A DNA stretch of 63,053 bases from a virus. Its lineage: Duplodnaviria; Caudoviricetes. Location of the stretch: positions 1-63,053 of IMG/VR virus record IMGVR_UViG_3300044707_000482; one strand, 5' to 3'. The position numbers were made by a program, and so were the translations under genes. The notes below the pieces were generated by a model, which did not search any database, was not told the DNA's origin, and was given only the letters and a program-made list of their open reading frames with translations. Shown piece by piece: positions 1-8,473 of this stretch (positions are counted from its first letter, which is position 1; the number at the start of each line of letters is the position of its first letter).

Positions 1-343
1 CGGCACCACCCGCGGCGAGGCGACGTTTAACGACAGTGCGTACAACAACGGCGGCACCATCACCGGCGATGCGACATTCAACGACGAGTCGTTTAACAGC
101 AGCACTGTCGAAGGTGACGCGACGTTCAACGGCAGTGCGTCCAACGGCGGCACTGTCGAAGGTGACGCGACGTTCAACGGCAGTGCGTACAACTACGACG
201 GTCTTGTTACCGGCAACGCGACGTTTAATGGCAGTTCGATCAACTTCAGCACCGTTGTTGGCACGGCCACCTTCACTGGCTCGGCCTGCAACAGTGCCGG
301 CACGGCTGGCACGTTCGTCCCCAACCCACCGCCGTCCTGCTAA
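1..343 (+). CDS. 3' fragment of the GNATFN-repeat protein (full copy at 60482..61276)
   Basis: Identical to 60934..61276. Confidence 0.85.
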   Translation, partial: GTTRGEATFNDSAYNNGGTITGDATFNDESFNSSTVEGDATFNGSASNGGTVEGDATFNGSAYNYDGLVTGNATFNGSSINFSTVVGTATFTGSACNSAGTAGTFVPNPPPSC

Positions 344-357
344 TAGGAGATATCGCA

Positions 358-663
358 ATGCAACTTCCGCAGCCCGTTACGATCCAGCCGCCGACCTACA
401 CTCGCAGCAATGGCGAGGTGCGAGTCCAAAAGCCCGTTACGCTATCGGAACTGGACATCACCATCATTGACAACGCGAAGCGGAAGTCCTGCGTGGCGAG
501 GCTTCGTCCTTGCCCTTACCCGCTCACCTTGTGGGAGAAGGCCGCATACGACGCGGCAGGCGACTACACGCAGTCGCAGGTGGAGGCGAGAGTGCTGGAG
601 GCTCTTGGGCCTGACGTTAAGGCCGGGCTGGAGGCGTTGTTTGCGCCTCCGGCGCGGCGTTAG
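358..663 (+). CDS. Hypothetical phage protein
   Basis: 101-aa ORF with AGGAG RBS at ~345. Confidence 0.8.
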   Translation: MQLPQPVTIQPPTYTRSNGEVRVQKPVTLSELDITIIDNAKRKSCVARLRPCPYPLTLWEKAAYDAAGDYTQSQVEARVLEALGPDVKAGLEALFAPPARR

Positions 664-724
664 ACGCACTAATCTTGCGACGGAACTATCAAGCGATCCT
701 TGATGGTTGCCGACCAAACAGGCG

Positions 725-752
725 TAGACTCGCTGGACGGCGGGCGTAGACT
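725..752 (+). promoter_or_regulatory. Putative sigma70-type promoter TAGACT-N16-TAGACT upstream of the tRNA-like RNA
   Basis: Identical to the element at 1538-1565. Predicted start site ~759-760 matches the tRNA-like 5' end. Confidence 0.55.
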
Positions 753-759
753 AGGCGGC

Positions 760-884
760 GTGCTAGTGGCTGAGTGGTCTAAGGCTGAACTATCGGGTAA
801 CGCCGAGTCGTCGCTAGTCTCTGGAACCGTGCCCGCGACGGGGCTATACGGCCAGTGCCGCCCGTTCAAATCGGGTCTAGCACA
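760..884 (+). ncRNA. tRNA-like RNA with expanded anticodon/variable region
   Basis: Perfect 7-bp acceptor stem GTGCTAG/CTAGCAC, Leu/Ser-type D arm TGGCTGAGTGGTCTAAGGC, T arm GCCCG-TTCAAAT-CGGGT. No canonical 7-nt anticodon loop. Confidence 0.65.
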
Positions 885-912
885 ATGTCTGTAGAGGCGG
901 CCGAAACAGGCG

Positions 913-940
913 TAGACTCGTTTGGCTAGGTCGATAGGAT
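913..940 (+). promoter_or_regulatory. Putative promoter TAGACT-N16-TAGGAT (probably a leaderless mRNA starting at ATG 948)
   Basis: Shares the upstream CCGAAACAGGCGTAGACTCG context with the 725 and 1538 copies. Confidence 0.5.
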
Positions 941-947
941 GGCGGGC

Positions 948-1193
948 ATGGCGAGCAAGTGGATCAGCGTTGAGAAGAGCCTGCCCAAGTGGGGCGAAAC
1001 GGTGATCGTCGCTCACCGCAGATACAGTTGGTCAAACGCTAGGCACAAGTACAGCCGGCTCAAGAAACTCGGCGTTGTGGCAGCTACGTTTTGGGTGGAG
1101 GACGACAAAGGGCCGCACTTCAACAGTGGCGACGACAGGGTGGACGAGCCGGTGGCTTGGATGCCGCTGCCCGAGCCGCCGGAGGTGAAGTGA
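948..1193 (+). CDS. DUF551-like small phage protein
   Basis: WISVEKSLP...WMPLPEPP signature. Confidence 0.75.
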   Translation: MASKWISVEKSLPKWGETVIVAHRRYSWSNARHKYSRLKKLGVVAATFWVEDDKGPHFNSGDDRVDEPVAWMPLPEPPEVK

Positions 1194-1513
1194 TGACATA
1201 CCTAAACTATGACGATCACATCCGTGCGCAGGCTTCTCCTTGGGGCGGCGGCGTCGAAATCGGAGCGTGGCGGCGAATCACAGGCGGCCCCGTTGAGGTC
1301 GCTACCCTCCGTTGGGAGCCGATTGCCGACAACGCCGAGCGGCGGTCGCTGCTCACCATGCGGATGCAACAGGCTCAGGTGCTGATGGATGACCTGTGGA
1401 ATGCCGGGATTCGTCCGACAGAGGGAGCCGGGTCAGCCGGTGCCATGCGGGCGGCAGAGCATCACATTGCCGACCTGCGGCGAGTGGCGTTCAAGGCTCT
1501 TGGCATCGACTGA
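1193..1513 (+). CDS. Hypothetical protein
   Basis: TGATG-coupled start MTYLNYDD, with GGAGG upstream. Confidence 0.75.
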   Translation: MTYLNYDDHIRAQASPWGGGVEIGAWRRITGGPVEVATLRWEPIADNAERRSLLTMRMQQAQVLMDDLWNAGIRPTEGAGSAGAMRAAEHHIADLRRVAFKALGID

Positions 1514-1537
1514 CGCTAGAGGCGGCCGAAAGAGGCG

Positions 1538-1565
1538 TAGACTCGCTGGACGGCGGGCGTAGACT
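1538..1565 (+). promoter_or_regulatory. Putative promoter TAGACT-N16-TAGACT
   Basis: Exact copy of 725-752, followed by AGGAGG and ATG 1589. Confidence 0.55.
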
Positions 1566-1588
1566 GAGCGGCACCTAGGAGGTGACGC

Positions 1589-1855
1589 ATGAGCAAAGAG
1601 GATGACGACGCCCTGTGTGTTGCCCAGAACCGGCATATGGAGCATCCGCTGCGGACGGACAGAATCACGCTGGTTGTGAAGCATCGCGGCAAAGAACTGA
1701 AGTTTTGGCGGCACCTTCTTGGCCAAGCGTTCGACCGCTGCGAGGGTGTGTATTTGGCCGAAGGACAAGAAGACGGAGACGCACTTACTGCGGCGTACCT
1801 TGCTGGCGTTGAGGCTGGCAAAGAACTGGCGAAACAGCAAGAACCCAGCAAGTGA
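1589..1855 (+). CDS. Hypothetical protein
   Basis: 88-aa ORF with strong AGGAGG RBS. Confidence 0.75.
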   Translation: MSKEDDDALCVAQNRHMEHPLRTDRITLVVKHRGKELKFWRHLLGQAFDRCEGVYLAEGQEDGDALTAAYLAGVEAGKELAKQQEPSK

Positions 1856-1871
1856 CGCTACAGGCGGAAAG

Positions 1872-2026
1872 TAACGCCCCAACCGTACGCGAGAAGCGAC
1901 GGAAAACGTGTCTTATGCGATATGATTGGGGCGTCAGAAAAAGTACCTAGCATTTCTTACCGATCAGCGATCCCGGCGGGCATCGATCTCACTGATAACG
2001 GGGTGACGAGAACCCGCCGGGATCGT
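1872..2026. repeat. Two intergenic inverted repeats (hairpins)
   Basis: ACGCCCCAA...TTGGGGCGT and CGATCCCGGCGGG...CCCGCCGGGATCG. Confidence 0.75.
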
Positions 2027-2043
2027 TTTCTGGAAAATGGAAA

Positions 2044-2469
2044 ATGCCTGACATAGCCACCCGCCTGCGTCAGACGCGGGCCAACATGATCGGCACCGAC
2101 GACGAGCAGCACTACTGGGATTGCTACGACGCGGCGGCCGCGATCGAACGCCTGCGGCTCACCGACGAGGAGCGGGAGGCGATCTCCAGGGTGTACGATT
2201 TGCTGTGCGACCGCTCCCGCGAGCTGCAAAGCGCCACGCGGCTTGACGAGGCTCGCCCGCTGATTCAGTGGGCGAAGACACTGCAAGGTCTGTGGGAGCG
2301 GCTTTCCGGTTCGGCGGCGATTTCCGGAGCCGGAAAATCGGCCCCAGCAGCGAACACACCGCTCACGCTCACCGACGCGGAGCGGGAGGCGATTGCGTAC
2401 TATATCGGCACGGGCGGCCCCGACACGGTGGACGCCACGCTGCGGACGATACTGGAGAGGACGAAGTGA
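2044..2469 (+). CDS. Hypothetical protein with two LTDxEREAI motifs
   Basis: 141-aa ORF. Confidence 0.7.
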   Translation: MPDIATRLRQTRANMIGTDDEQHYWDCYDAAAAIERLRLTDEEREAISRVYDLLCDRSRELQSATRLDEARPLIQWAKTLQGLWERLSGSAAISGAGKSAPAANTPLTLTDAEREAIAYYIGTGGPDTVDATLRTILERTK

Positions 2470-2786
2470 ACCACAACGAGCCGATAGCGTGGGCGGTACT
2501 GCTCGCGGACGGCGACCGCATCTACGATGTCTACGCCATCGAAGAGGAAGCCAAGGCGATTGACGCGGTTGTGACGGGCAATCACGGCGTCGTCCCGCTG
2601 TGCCGCTCGCTCACGCTCACCGACGCGGAGCGGGAGGCCATAGCGTACGGCGTGATGCTGTGTGAGGCGACGGCCGGCTGCGCTAACGAACGGGCTACCA
2701 TTGACGGGGCCAGCCGTGCGGCGGACGTTCTACGCGGGCTGCTGGAGCGGAACGGTGCAGTAGACGGCCGCGAAACGGTGCGCTAG
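2466..2786 (+). CDS. Hypothetical protein with an LTDAEREAI motif
   Basis: GTGA overlap with the upstream stop; paralogous C-terminal motif. Confidence 0.7.
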   Translation: MNHNEPIAWAVLLADGDRIYDVYAIEEEAKAIDAVVTGNHGVVPLCRSLTLTDAEREAIAYGVMLCEATAGCANERATIDGASRAADVLRGLLERNGAVDGRETVR

Positions 2787-2803
2787 ATAAAGAGGCTTGA
2801 GAC

Positions 2804-3034
2804 ATGGGCGATACTGCCACACCACCCGAGCCTGCGATCCCGCCCGCGTGGCTGGCCCGACCCTACTGGGTCGATCCCGCTGGCGGCCACAGGTACGGAT
2901 TCCCCCGACTGTACGATCCCGCGACGGATGGCGATATGACCGAGTGGCTGATTGCGAATGGCTACCCGGAGTCGCTGGCGACGCAGGAGTTGGCGTGTAC
3001 GTTCACGGCCTGCACAGAAGATGGCGGGAAGTGA
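2804..3034 (+). CDS. Hypothetical protein
   Basis: 76-aa ORF after a promoter-like TAGACG-N17-TAGATA (2761-2789). Confidence 0.65.
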   Translation: MGDTATPPEPAIPPAWLARPYWVDPAGGHRYGFPRLYDPATDGDMTEWLIANGYPESLATQELACTFTACTEDGGK

Positions 3035-3083
3035 CAGTTTGTGTGTCGCCCCCAATCCGTTTCCGCAACACATCACATCTGAT

Positions 3084-3293
3084 ATGTCTCCCGTAGCGAC
3101 GTTCTCTTTCAACCTGCCCGACGAGCAGGGCGACTACGACGCCGCACGGCTGGGCAGCCAGGCACTGCTCGCCCTGTGGGAGATCGACCAGAAGTGCCGC
3201 AGCTTGATGAAGCACGGCGACCCGACGCCAGAGACGCGGAAGCTCGCGGAGGAGATACGGGGGATGATCCCAGGGGAGATGCTCGAGGTGTAA
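3084..3293 (+). CDS. Hypothetical phage protein
   Basis: ATFSFNLPDEQGDY...ALWEIDQKCRSLMKHG, resembling a common small phage protein. Confidence 0.65.
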   Translation: MSPVATFSFNLPDEQGDYDAARLGSQALLALWEIDQKCRSLMKHGDPTPETRKLAEEIRGMIPGEMLEV

Positions 3294-3333
3294 CTGCGTA
3301 TCGACAACGCCCTGTCGGTGGCACAGTGCATCA

Positions 3334-3855
3334 ATGCACCTCAGCCCCGAGCAGCAGCGTCTGGCAGAGCAAGCCATGGGCATTGTCCCAAAGGCGCTGG
3401 CAGCGTTTCGCTACCGATACCCATCTCTTCGCAAGCAGTACGCCCAGATCGACGCCCAGAGCGTGGCCTACCTAGCAATTTGCCGGGCTTCGGTAACGTA
3501 CGACGCCGCGAAGTCGCAGGTTACGACCTATTTCACCACTGCCATTCGCAACGCGATGCTCAAGGAGATCGACCGGAATCGCCGGGCGCGGTACGACTCT
3601 CCTGATCGGGTTCCGATGGAGATAGCGGAGGCCCTGGCGGTAGCGCCGAACAAGATCTCGGGCAGGCTCCAGGCGGCTGTTGCTCGCCTTCCTCCTAGGG
3701 CCAGGCGGCTGATTCACCTGCGATTCTTTCGCGGGCTAAGCCTCAGGGAGATAGGCGAGCAAGCAGGGCGTGATCCTAGGACAGTGAGGCGGCGGCTCGA
3801 CGACGCCTTGGAGCTTCTGCGAACTCTTTTGCAAAGCGAGCCTTTGCTGCCCTGA
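3334..3855 (+). CDS. Phage-encoded sigma-70 family RNA polymerase sigma factor
   Basis: Region 2-like AYLAICRASVTYD...TTYFTTAIRNAM and region 4 LPPRARRLIHLRFFRGLSLREIG...TVRRRL. Confidence 0.85.
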   Translation: MHLSPEQQRLAEQAMGIVPKALAAFRYRYPSLRKQYAQIDAQSVAYLAICRASVTYDAAKSQVTTYFTTAIRNAMLKEIDRNRRARYDSPDRVPMEIAEALAVAPNKISGRLQAAVARLPPRARRLIHLRFFRGLSLREIGEQAGRDPRTVRRRLDDALELLRTLLQSEPLLP

Positions 3856-4522
3856 GTGCCCGAGTGATGCTGTTGATGTTCCAGCGGTAGCCGTTGGGCC
3901 TGCGCCACTTGTACACGTGGTGCGTGATGGCCTCCAGGCTGTAGCCATCACTGCGGAGAGACAGCATCTCGAGAACCTGCCGACGTTCCTCTTCGTCGGG
4001 CAGGTAGTAGGAGTCCTTGCCCTTGCCGAGCTTCTTCCAGCCGATGGGGGCGTGCTTATTGTGGGGCTTGCCAGCCTTCCGCTTGGCTTGCAGGCTGTCT
4101 CGCGTCCGCTCTCGGATGAACTCCAGTTCCAGTTCGGCAAAGGCCGTGAGGATCGTGAACACACACCGGCCGATGGGCGTGCTGGTGTCGAGGCCCATGT
4201 CGAGGGAGTTGAACGAGACGTCCTTGGCTTGGAGCAGCCGCATGGTCTGGGCTGCGTCCACGACGGAGCGGAAGGCCCGGTCGAGTTTGGCCCAGACGAT
4301 CTTGTCGCCGGGCTGGGCGAGTGCCCAGAGCTTGCGGCCCTCCTCGCGTTCGAACATGGGGCTGGAGCCGCTGGTGGCTGAGTCGTAGAGCCAGCCGCCA
4401 AAGGTGTAGCCCTCCGGCTGGAGGACTCGCTGCACGTACTCCTCACACTTGGCCCGTTGGTTGGCTTCGGTCAGGGTCTGTCGGCCGGTTGAGGCCCGGC
4501 CATAGGCGTAAACGATGGGCAT
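3776..4522 (-). CDS. Serine recombinase (resolvase/invertase family)
   Basis: YAYGRAST catalytic motif, SGS...R, KLDRAFRS, AFAELELEFIRERT; AAGGAG RBS before MPIV. Confidence 0.9.
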   Translation of the reverse strand: MPIVYAYGRASTGRQTLTEANQRAKCEEYVQRVLQPEGYTFGGWLYDSATSGSSPMFEREEGRKLWALAQPGDKIVWAKLDRAFRSVVDAAQTMRLLQAKDVSFNSLDMGLDTSTPIGRCVFTILTAFAELELEFIRERTRDSLQAKRKAGKPHNKHAPIGWKKLGKGKDSYYLPDEEERRQVLEMLSLRSDGYSLEAITHHVYKWRRPNGYRWNINSITRALRAAKARFAKEFAEAPRRRRAAASLS

Positions 4523-4535
4523 TGGGTGTCTCCTT

Positions 4536-4742
4536 TCACGTGGGATACCAGTACCAGAACGCAACCATTCCAGCCCACACGGTCGGTGAGATGTACACCG
4601 ATGCGGTTGGGTCGCTCATGGTTGCCATGGCGAACAGCAGGACGCCGAGCCGGATGGCGTGTGCCGTCCAATCATCGTGCAATCCGAGCATGTCTCGCCA
4701 GCGTTCGCGAACCGTGAACCGTCCGATCTTGTAGTTCCACAT
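4536..4742 (-). CDS. Small membrane protein
   Basis: MWNYKIG start with AAGGAG RBS; two hydrophobic segments. Confidence 0.65.
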   Translation of the reverse strand: MWNYKIGRFTVRERWRDMLGLHDDWTAHAIRLGVLLFAMATMSDPTASVYISPTVWAGMVAFWYWYPT

Positions 4743-4752
4743 ACGAATCTCC

Positions 4753-5262
4753 TTAGTGTGATGGGCCTGGGATGTAGAGGGTGCCGTTGACCCATTCGCG
4801 GATGCCGACCAGGGCTTCCTTTGCGGACTTCCACTCCGTGCGGTGGGCGTAGGACTCGCCGTACTCGACTGCGACCACGTGGCAGTGGGCCAGCCCGTAG
4901 TCCCAGTCGATGCCGAGTGCGTCACGTGACGCCTTGTCGTGCATGCGAATCAGCACGTGCAGCATCCGGCTCGGCTGCTTGCTGGCGGGCGGCGTGCTGA
5001 CGGTGAGCAGCAGCCCGAGCCATCGGCCGTGAGCGGCATAGACCGACATCACCTTGCGCATTCCCTCTGAACTGCCGCCGAACCGCACGACCGCCGGAAG
5101 CCCGGTGCTTAGCCGCAGGTGGAGGGAGCGGTAGAACGCCCGCGCCTTGGCGCGGAACTTCGGGTACTTCTCCCAGTGCGGGTGCGAAACCCACTCCTTG
5201 AGCGTGCGGGCATCCTTGAACCTGCTCCAGTCCCATGCGGGCTTGGGTTTTCGCTTTGCCAT
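4753..5262 (-). CDS. Hypothetical protein
   Basis: MAKRKPKP start with GGAGG RBS; fills the gap in the operon. Confidence 0.7.
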   Translation of the reverse strand: MAKRKPKPAWDWSRFKDARTLKEWVSHPHWEKYPKFRAKARAFYRSLHLRLSTGLPAVVRFGGSSEGMRKVMSVYAAHGRWLGLLLTVSTPPASKQPSRMLHVLIRMHDKASRDALGIDWDYGLAHCHVVAVEYGESYAHRTEWKSAKEALVGIREWVNGTLYIPGPSH

Positions 5263-5263
5263 C

Positions 5264-6697
5264 TCACGCCTCCTCCCTTGCAATCGGCACGACACGTGCC
5301 CACTTGGGTATCGCCGCATGCCAGTGCGAGCCGACCCTGCCGGTGTAGGCCATCACCACTCGGGCGCGTGGCTTCCAGTCGGCAGTCCAGTAAGTCTCGG
5401 CATCGGTGACCATCACGATAGAGTCGGGCTTTTCCCGGGCCTCGATCTCCTTGAGCACGGACTGCATGTCCGTGCCGCCGCCGCCGTGCCAGTCGAACAG
5501 GCGGGTGGTAGCCACCCACTTGTTGCTCTGCACGGTGGTGTCAGCACAGTAGACCTTTACCCGGGACAGTTTCCGGAGCCCCTGAGCGATGACGGACAGG
5601 GCTCGGGCCTGGATGTCCGCTCGCATCATCGAACTGCTGGTGTCCACGACCACGACAGCGTGCGGCTGCACCGTGATGCGGCCGTGCAGCAGGGGCTGGT
5701 CGTCCCCTGGCGGCTGCTTGCGGGACCGCCGCCGGTGGGTGAAGTCACGCCCGCCGACCGGCGAGGCCACGCTGGTGCAGACGGCTGAACGCAGTTGGTC
5801 GAACGGGTCGGGCTGCGGGTTGAGCCGCTGCTTGATGGCCTGCTTGATTGCCCCAGGCACGGAACCAGGGTTGCTCTGCTCGGCCTGTGCAATGGCTGCG
5901 GCAGCATGGGCGGCCGCCATGTCGCAGCCGTAAGCGTCCCATGAGCCGTCGCTCTCTACCTCGTAGGGGCGTGGCTGGCCGTCAGCGCACGAGCCGCCCG
6001 TGCCCGGCGCACCGGGCTCCGTCGCGTCCTTGCCCTGCCCGTCCTCAGCCGAGCCCTCGCTGCCGCCAGCCGCATCCTCCTCGCCAGGGTCTTGGCTATC
6101 GTCGCCGTCTTGCCCGGCCCCATCGGAAGTATCGCTGCCGGATGGAGGCGAAGACCCCGCCCCATCGTCGCCAGAGTCGTCGTCATTGCCGTCCTCTCCT
6201 TGGTTGCTGGAACTGCTGCCGTCCTGGTCCTGGCCTCTGAGCTTCTCCGTGATGAGGCGGTAATACTCCTGCATCGAATGGTTGGGCGGGAAGTCCAGGG
6301 TGATGCCGAGCTTGGGAACCTTGGCCCCAAGATGCACGACCGCAGGCGGCCTGAGGTGTCGCATCATGGCGAGCGTCTGCTCGATCACCAGATCGGCGGC
6401 GATGTTGCAGATGTACCGCTCGGTCTCGGTCATGTGTTCGCCCAGCATCTCGACCGACCGCTTGTGGTGGTCGAAGATGAGGTGCAGCACTTCGTGGGTG
6501 ATGATGTACGCCGCCTGCCCGACGTCCGCTTTGGCGATGTACTCCGGGCTCCAGTAGAGGGTGCCTTGGGCATCGACCGCAGCGGTGCCGACTCTGGGTT
6601 CCTCCTGTTCTCGCAGGGCGTAGATGTACGAGGCGAGGTAGGGCACGTACTCGAAGGTATGTACCCGTGCCTTGCCCAACAGTTGTCGTGGTGTCAT
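5264..6697 (-). CDS. DUF2201-like metallopeptidase-VWA protein
   Basis: HExxH (THEVLH), NIAADLVI, acidic low-complexity linker, MIDAS-like VVDTSSSM, GGGGTD, VTDA. Confidence 0.85.
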   Translation of the reverse strand: MTPRQLLGKARVHTFEYVPYLASYIYALREQEEPRVGTAAVDAQGTLYWSPEYIAKADVGQAAYIITHEVLHLIFDHHKRSVEMLGEHMTETERYICNIAADLVIEQTLAMMRHLRPPAVVHLGAKVPKLGITLDFPPNHSMQEYYRLITEKLRGQDQDGSSSSNQGEDGNDDDSGDDGAGSSPPSGSDTSDGAGQDGDDSQDPGEEDAAGGSEGSAEDGQGKDATEPGAPGTGGSCADGQPRPYEVESDGSWDAYGCDMAAAHAAAAIAQAEQSNPGSVPGAIKQAIKQRLNPQPDPFDQLRSAVCTSVASPVGGRDFTHRRRSRKQPPGDDQPLLHGRITVQPHAVVVVDTSSSMMRADIQARALSVIAQGLRKLSRVKVYCADTTVQSNKWVATTRLFDWHGGGGTDMQSVLKEIEAREKPDSIVMVTDAETYWTADWKPRARVVMAYTGRVGSHWHAAIPKWARVVPIAREEA

Positions 6698-6972
6698 GCT
6701 GTCCTCCCTTCTGCTTTGTTGATTGCGGATGTCGCCCGCCTCAAAGTCTCGGTTGTGGTTTGCTCAGGATGATCAAACCACTTGCATACCAGCGATAGTT
6801 CCTGCGCTGCCTCCTTCAGGGCAGCCAGCAACTCCGGCGCAGCGGCGATGACAAATCGATCCTCCCACCCCCTTGCAGCACGGCTGCTTTGGTAGTGAAT
6901 GCGGGCTATGTCGCCGTGATCGCTGCCAATGGTGTCGTTACTGACCACCCACGGCCCAGGTGTATGACTCAT
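6694..6972 (-). CDS. Small HTPGPW-family phage protein
   Basis: MSHTPGPW...IAAAPELLAALK...AINKAEG. Confidence 0.75.
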   Translation of the reverse strand: MSHTPGPWVVSNDTIGSDHGDIARIHYQSSRAARGWEDRFVIAAAPELLAALKEAAQELSLVCKWFDHPEQTTTETLRRATSAINKAEGRTA

Positions 6973-7259
6973 CACTCCCTCCCTTCTGCTTTGGCGATGG
7001 CTGCGTCTGCGATGTTGCAGGCGTGGAACTTGGCAGCGCCATCTCCGTCTGTGTAGTTGCCGAACTGCATTCGCATAATCTTGAGTGCCTCCAGTAAGGC
7101 GGGGGCTGCGGCAATGAGCCGCACGTTGGCCGCCACTTCCGGGTTGGAGAGGTCGCGAGTTTTGCACGTAACAGTGGCTATCTCTCGCCACTGTGGGTAT
7201 GGCCTGTCCGAGATAATCGCGAAACCTCCGGAAGTCCAGGGGCCAGGTGTGTGTGTCAT
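6972..7259 (-). CDS. Small HTPGPW-family phage protein (tandem paralog)
   Basis: MTHTPGPW...LIAAAPALLEALK...AIAKAEG. Confidence 0.75.
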   Translation of the reverse strand: MTHTPGPWTSGGFAIISDRPYPQWREIATVTCKTRDLSNPEVAANVRLIAAAPALLEALKIMRMQFGNYTDGDGAAKFHACNIADAAIAKAEGRE

Positions 7260-7282
7260 CGTCGTGTCTCCTGTGGGGTGTA

Positions 7283-8386
7283 TCACTGCTGAACCAACGC
7301 CATCAACTTCGTCAGCACAGCCTTCGGCGGGCTCCAGCCATCGGGCCGCACGCCGCCATTGCTGACGGGATTCCAGAGCGACTTGAACTGCATGAGGAAG
7401 GACTCGATCTCATGCCCGCCGACCTCGATGAACGCAGCGGCAGCGTTGAGCCACCGCTCGGGTGAGGTGTTGTCCCGCAGCCCCTTCACCAGCCCGGTGA
7501 GCAGGCAGATGTTGGCGTCGGGCCGGTTCTCGTAGGTGTAGGTCTCGTCACCCTCGAGGATGGACTCTGGATTGATGAGGTCGAGCCGGTGCCAGTACTG
7601 CAAGAACGATCCGCCCGCCGCCTCGCCCACGCAGCCGTGTGCCAGGGCTCGGTACATGGGATCCTTCCGCTCGTAACCGGCCGCGTCGGCCGCCGCAAAG
7701 CAGCGAACGAGGTACGTCCAAGTGCGGGGATTGGGGAACGCCATCGTCTCGTCGTCGATGGGCAACTTCTCCCGGCAGTCGGGGGCTGAGCGGAGGAACG
7801 CCTCCACCACACTGCCGAACTGCGGGAGCATGTCCTCCCAGTGCGACGGCACGACCGGGAACTCGGGGGCCGTCCACTTGCAGCCCGCCCGCAGGCCGGT
7901 GAACCAATGCTCGTAGTCCACCTGCCATTCGTAGTGGAAGAACCGGGCCCGCATCGCCGGTGCCAGGGGCACGGCATTGGGGCACAGTTCGGGCGGGTTG
8001 CACGACCCGACGATGATCGTGCTGGCTGGCATCACGTAGTCACCGACCCGCCGCTCGGAGATCACCGAGAGCAGGCCAGCCTGCGTGGCAGACGGCACGT
8101 TGGTGACCTCATCCACGTGGACGAGAGCCTTGCCGTCCATGGTCTTCTGCACCCACGAGGTGGGCATCATGTTGACGACGCCCGCCTTGTGGTTGGGGAT
8201 GGGGTAGCCCGAGAAGTCTTCGGGCAGGTGGGTGGCGCCGAGCAGCGGCACGAACGTGCGGCCCAGGGCGGCGGCCAGTGCCTCCCAGGTGGAGGACTTG
8301 CCGACGCCGGTGCCGCCACGAACGAGGGTGGGGACGACCTGGGCGGCGAGCAACGCGGGGGCGTTGCCAAGAGTTGAGCGAGCCAT
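7283..8386 (-). CDS. MoxR-type AAA+ ATPase
   Basis: Walker A GGTGVGKS, Walker B VHVDE, sensor SCNP, arginine finger AMRARF, FPNPRTW. Confidence 0.9.
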   Translation of the reverse strand: MARSTLGNAPALLAAQVVPTLVRGGTGVGKSSTWEALAAALGRTFVPLLGATHLPEDFSGYPIPNHKAGVVNMMPTSWVQKTMDGKALVHVDEVTNVPSATQAGLLSVISERRVGDYVMPASTIIVGSCNPPELCPNAVPLAPAMRARFFHYEWQVDYEHWFTGLRAGCKWTAPEFPVVPSHWEDMLPQFGSVVEAFLRSAPDCREKLPIDDETMAFPNPRTWTYLVRCFAAADAAGYERKDPMYRALAHGCVGEAAGGSFLQYWHRLDLINPESILEGDETYTYENRPDANICLLTGLVKGLRDNTSPERWLNAAAAFIEVGGHEIESFLMQFKSLWNPVSNGGVRPDGWSPPKAVLTKLMALVQQ

Positions 8387-8400
8387 GAGAACCTCCGGGT

Positions 8401-8436
8401 GAAAGAAGGGGGCTGGGGCAACGTGCCGCCAGCCCC
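8401..8436 (-). terminator. Intrinsic-terminator-like hairpin plus U-rich tract
   Basis: GGGGCTGG...CCAGCCCC followed by CTTCTTTC on the minus strand. Confidence 0.55.
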
Positions 8437-8473
8437 GTGAAACCAGACTCCGCAGCGGGAAAACAGGGGCGAT

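Larger units (their letters stand above)
1..2119. repeat. Terminal direct repeat, left copy (probable circular-assembly overlap or terminal redundancy)
   Basis: Sequence and ORFs recur at offset 60933 (e.g. 358..663 = 61291..61596). Appears identical up to ~1863, then diverges. Confidence 0.95.

Noticed and set aside
760-884. Standard decoding tRNA or tmRNA
   Set aside because: There is no 5-bp stem with a 7-nt anticodon loop at the expected position, and it is too short and lacks a tag ORF for tmRNA.
1-2119. True fixed direct terminal repeat of the virion DNA
   Set aside because: It starts mid-gene in a repetitive tract and ends in diverged sequence, so an assembly overlap is more likely. 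It cannot be settled without reads.
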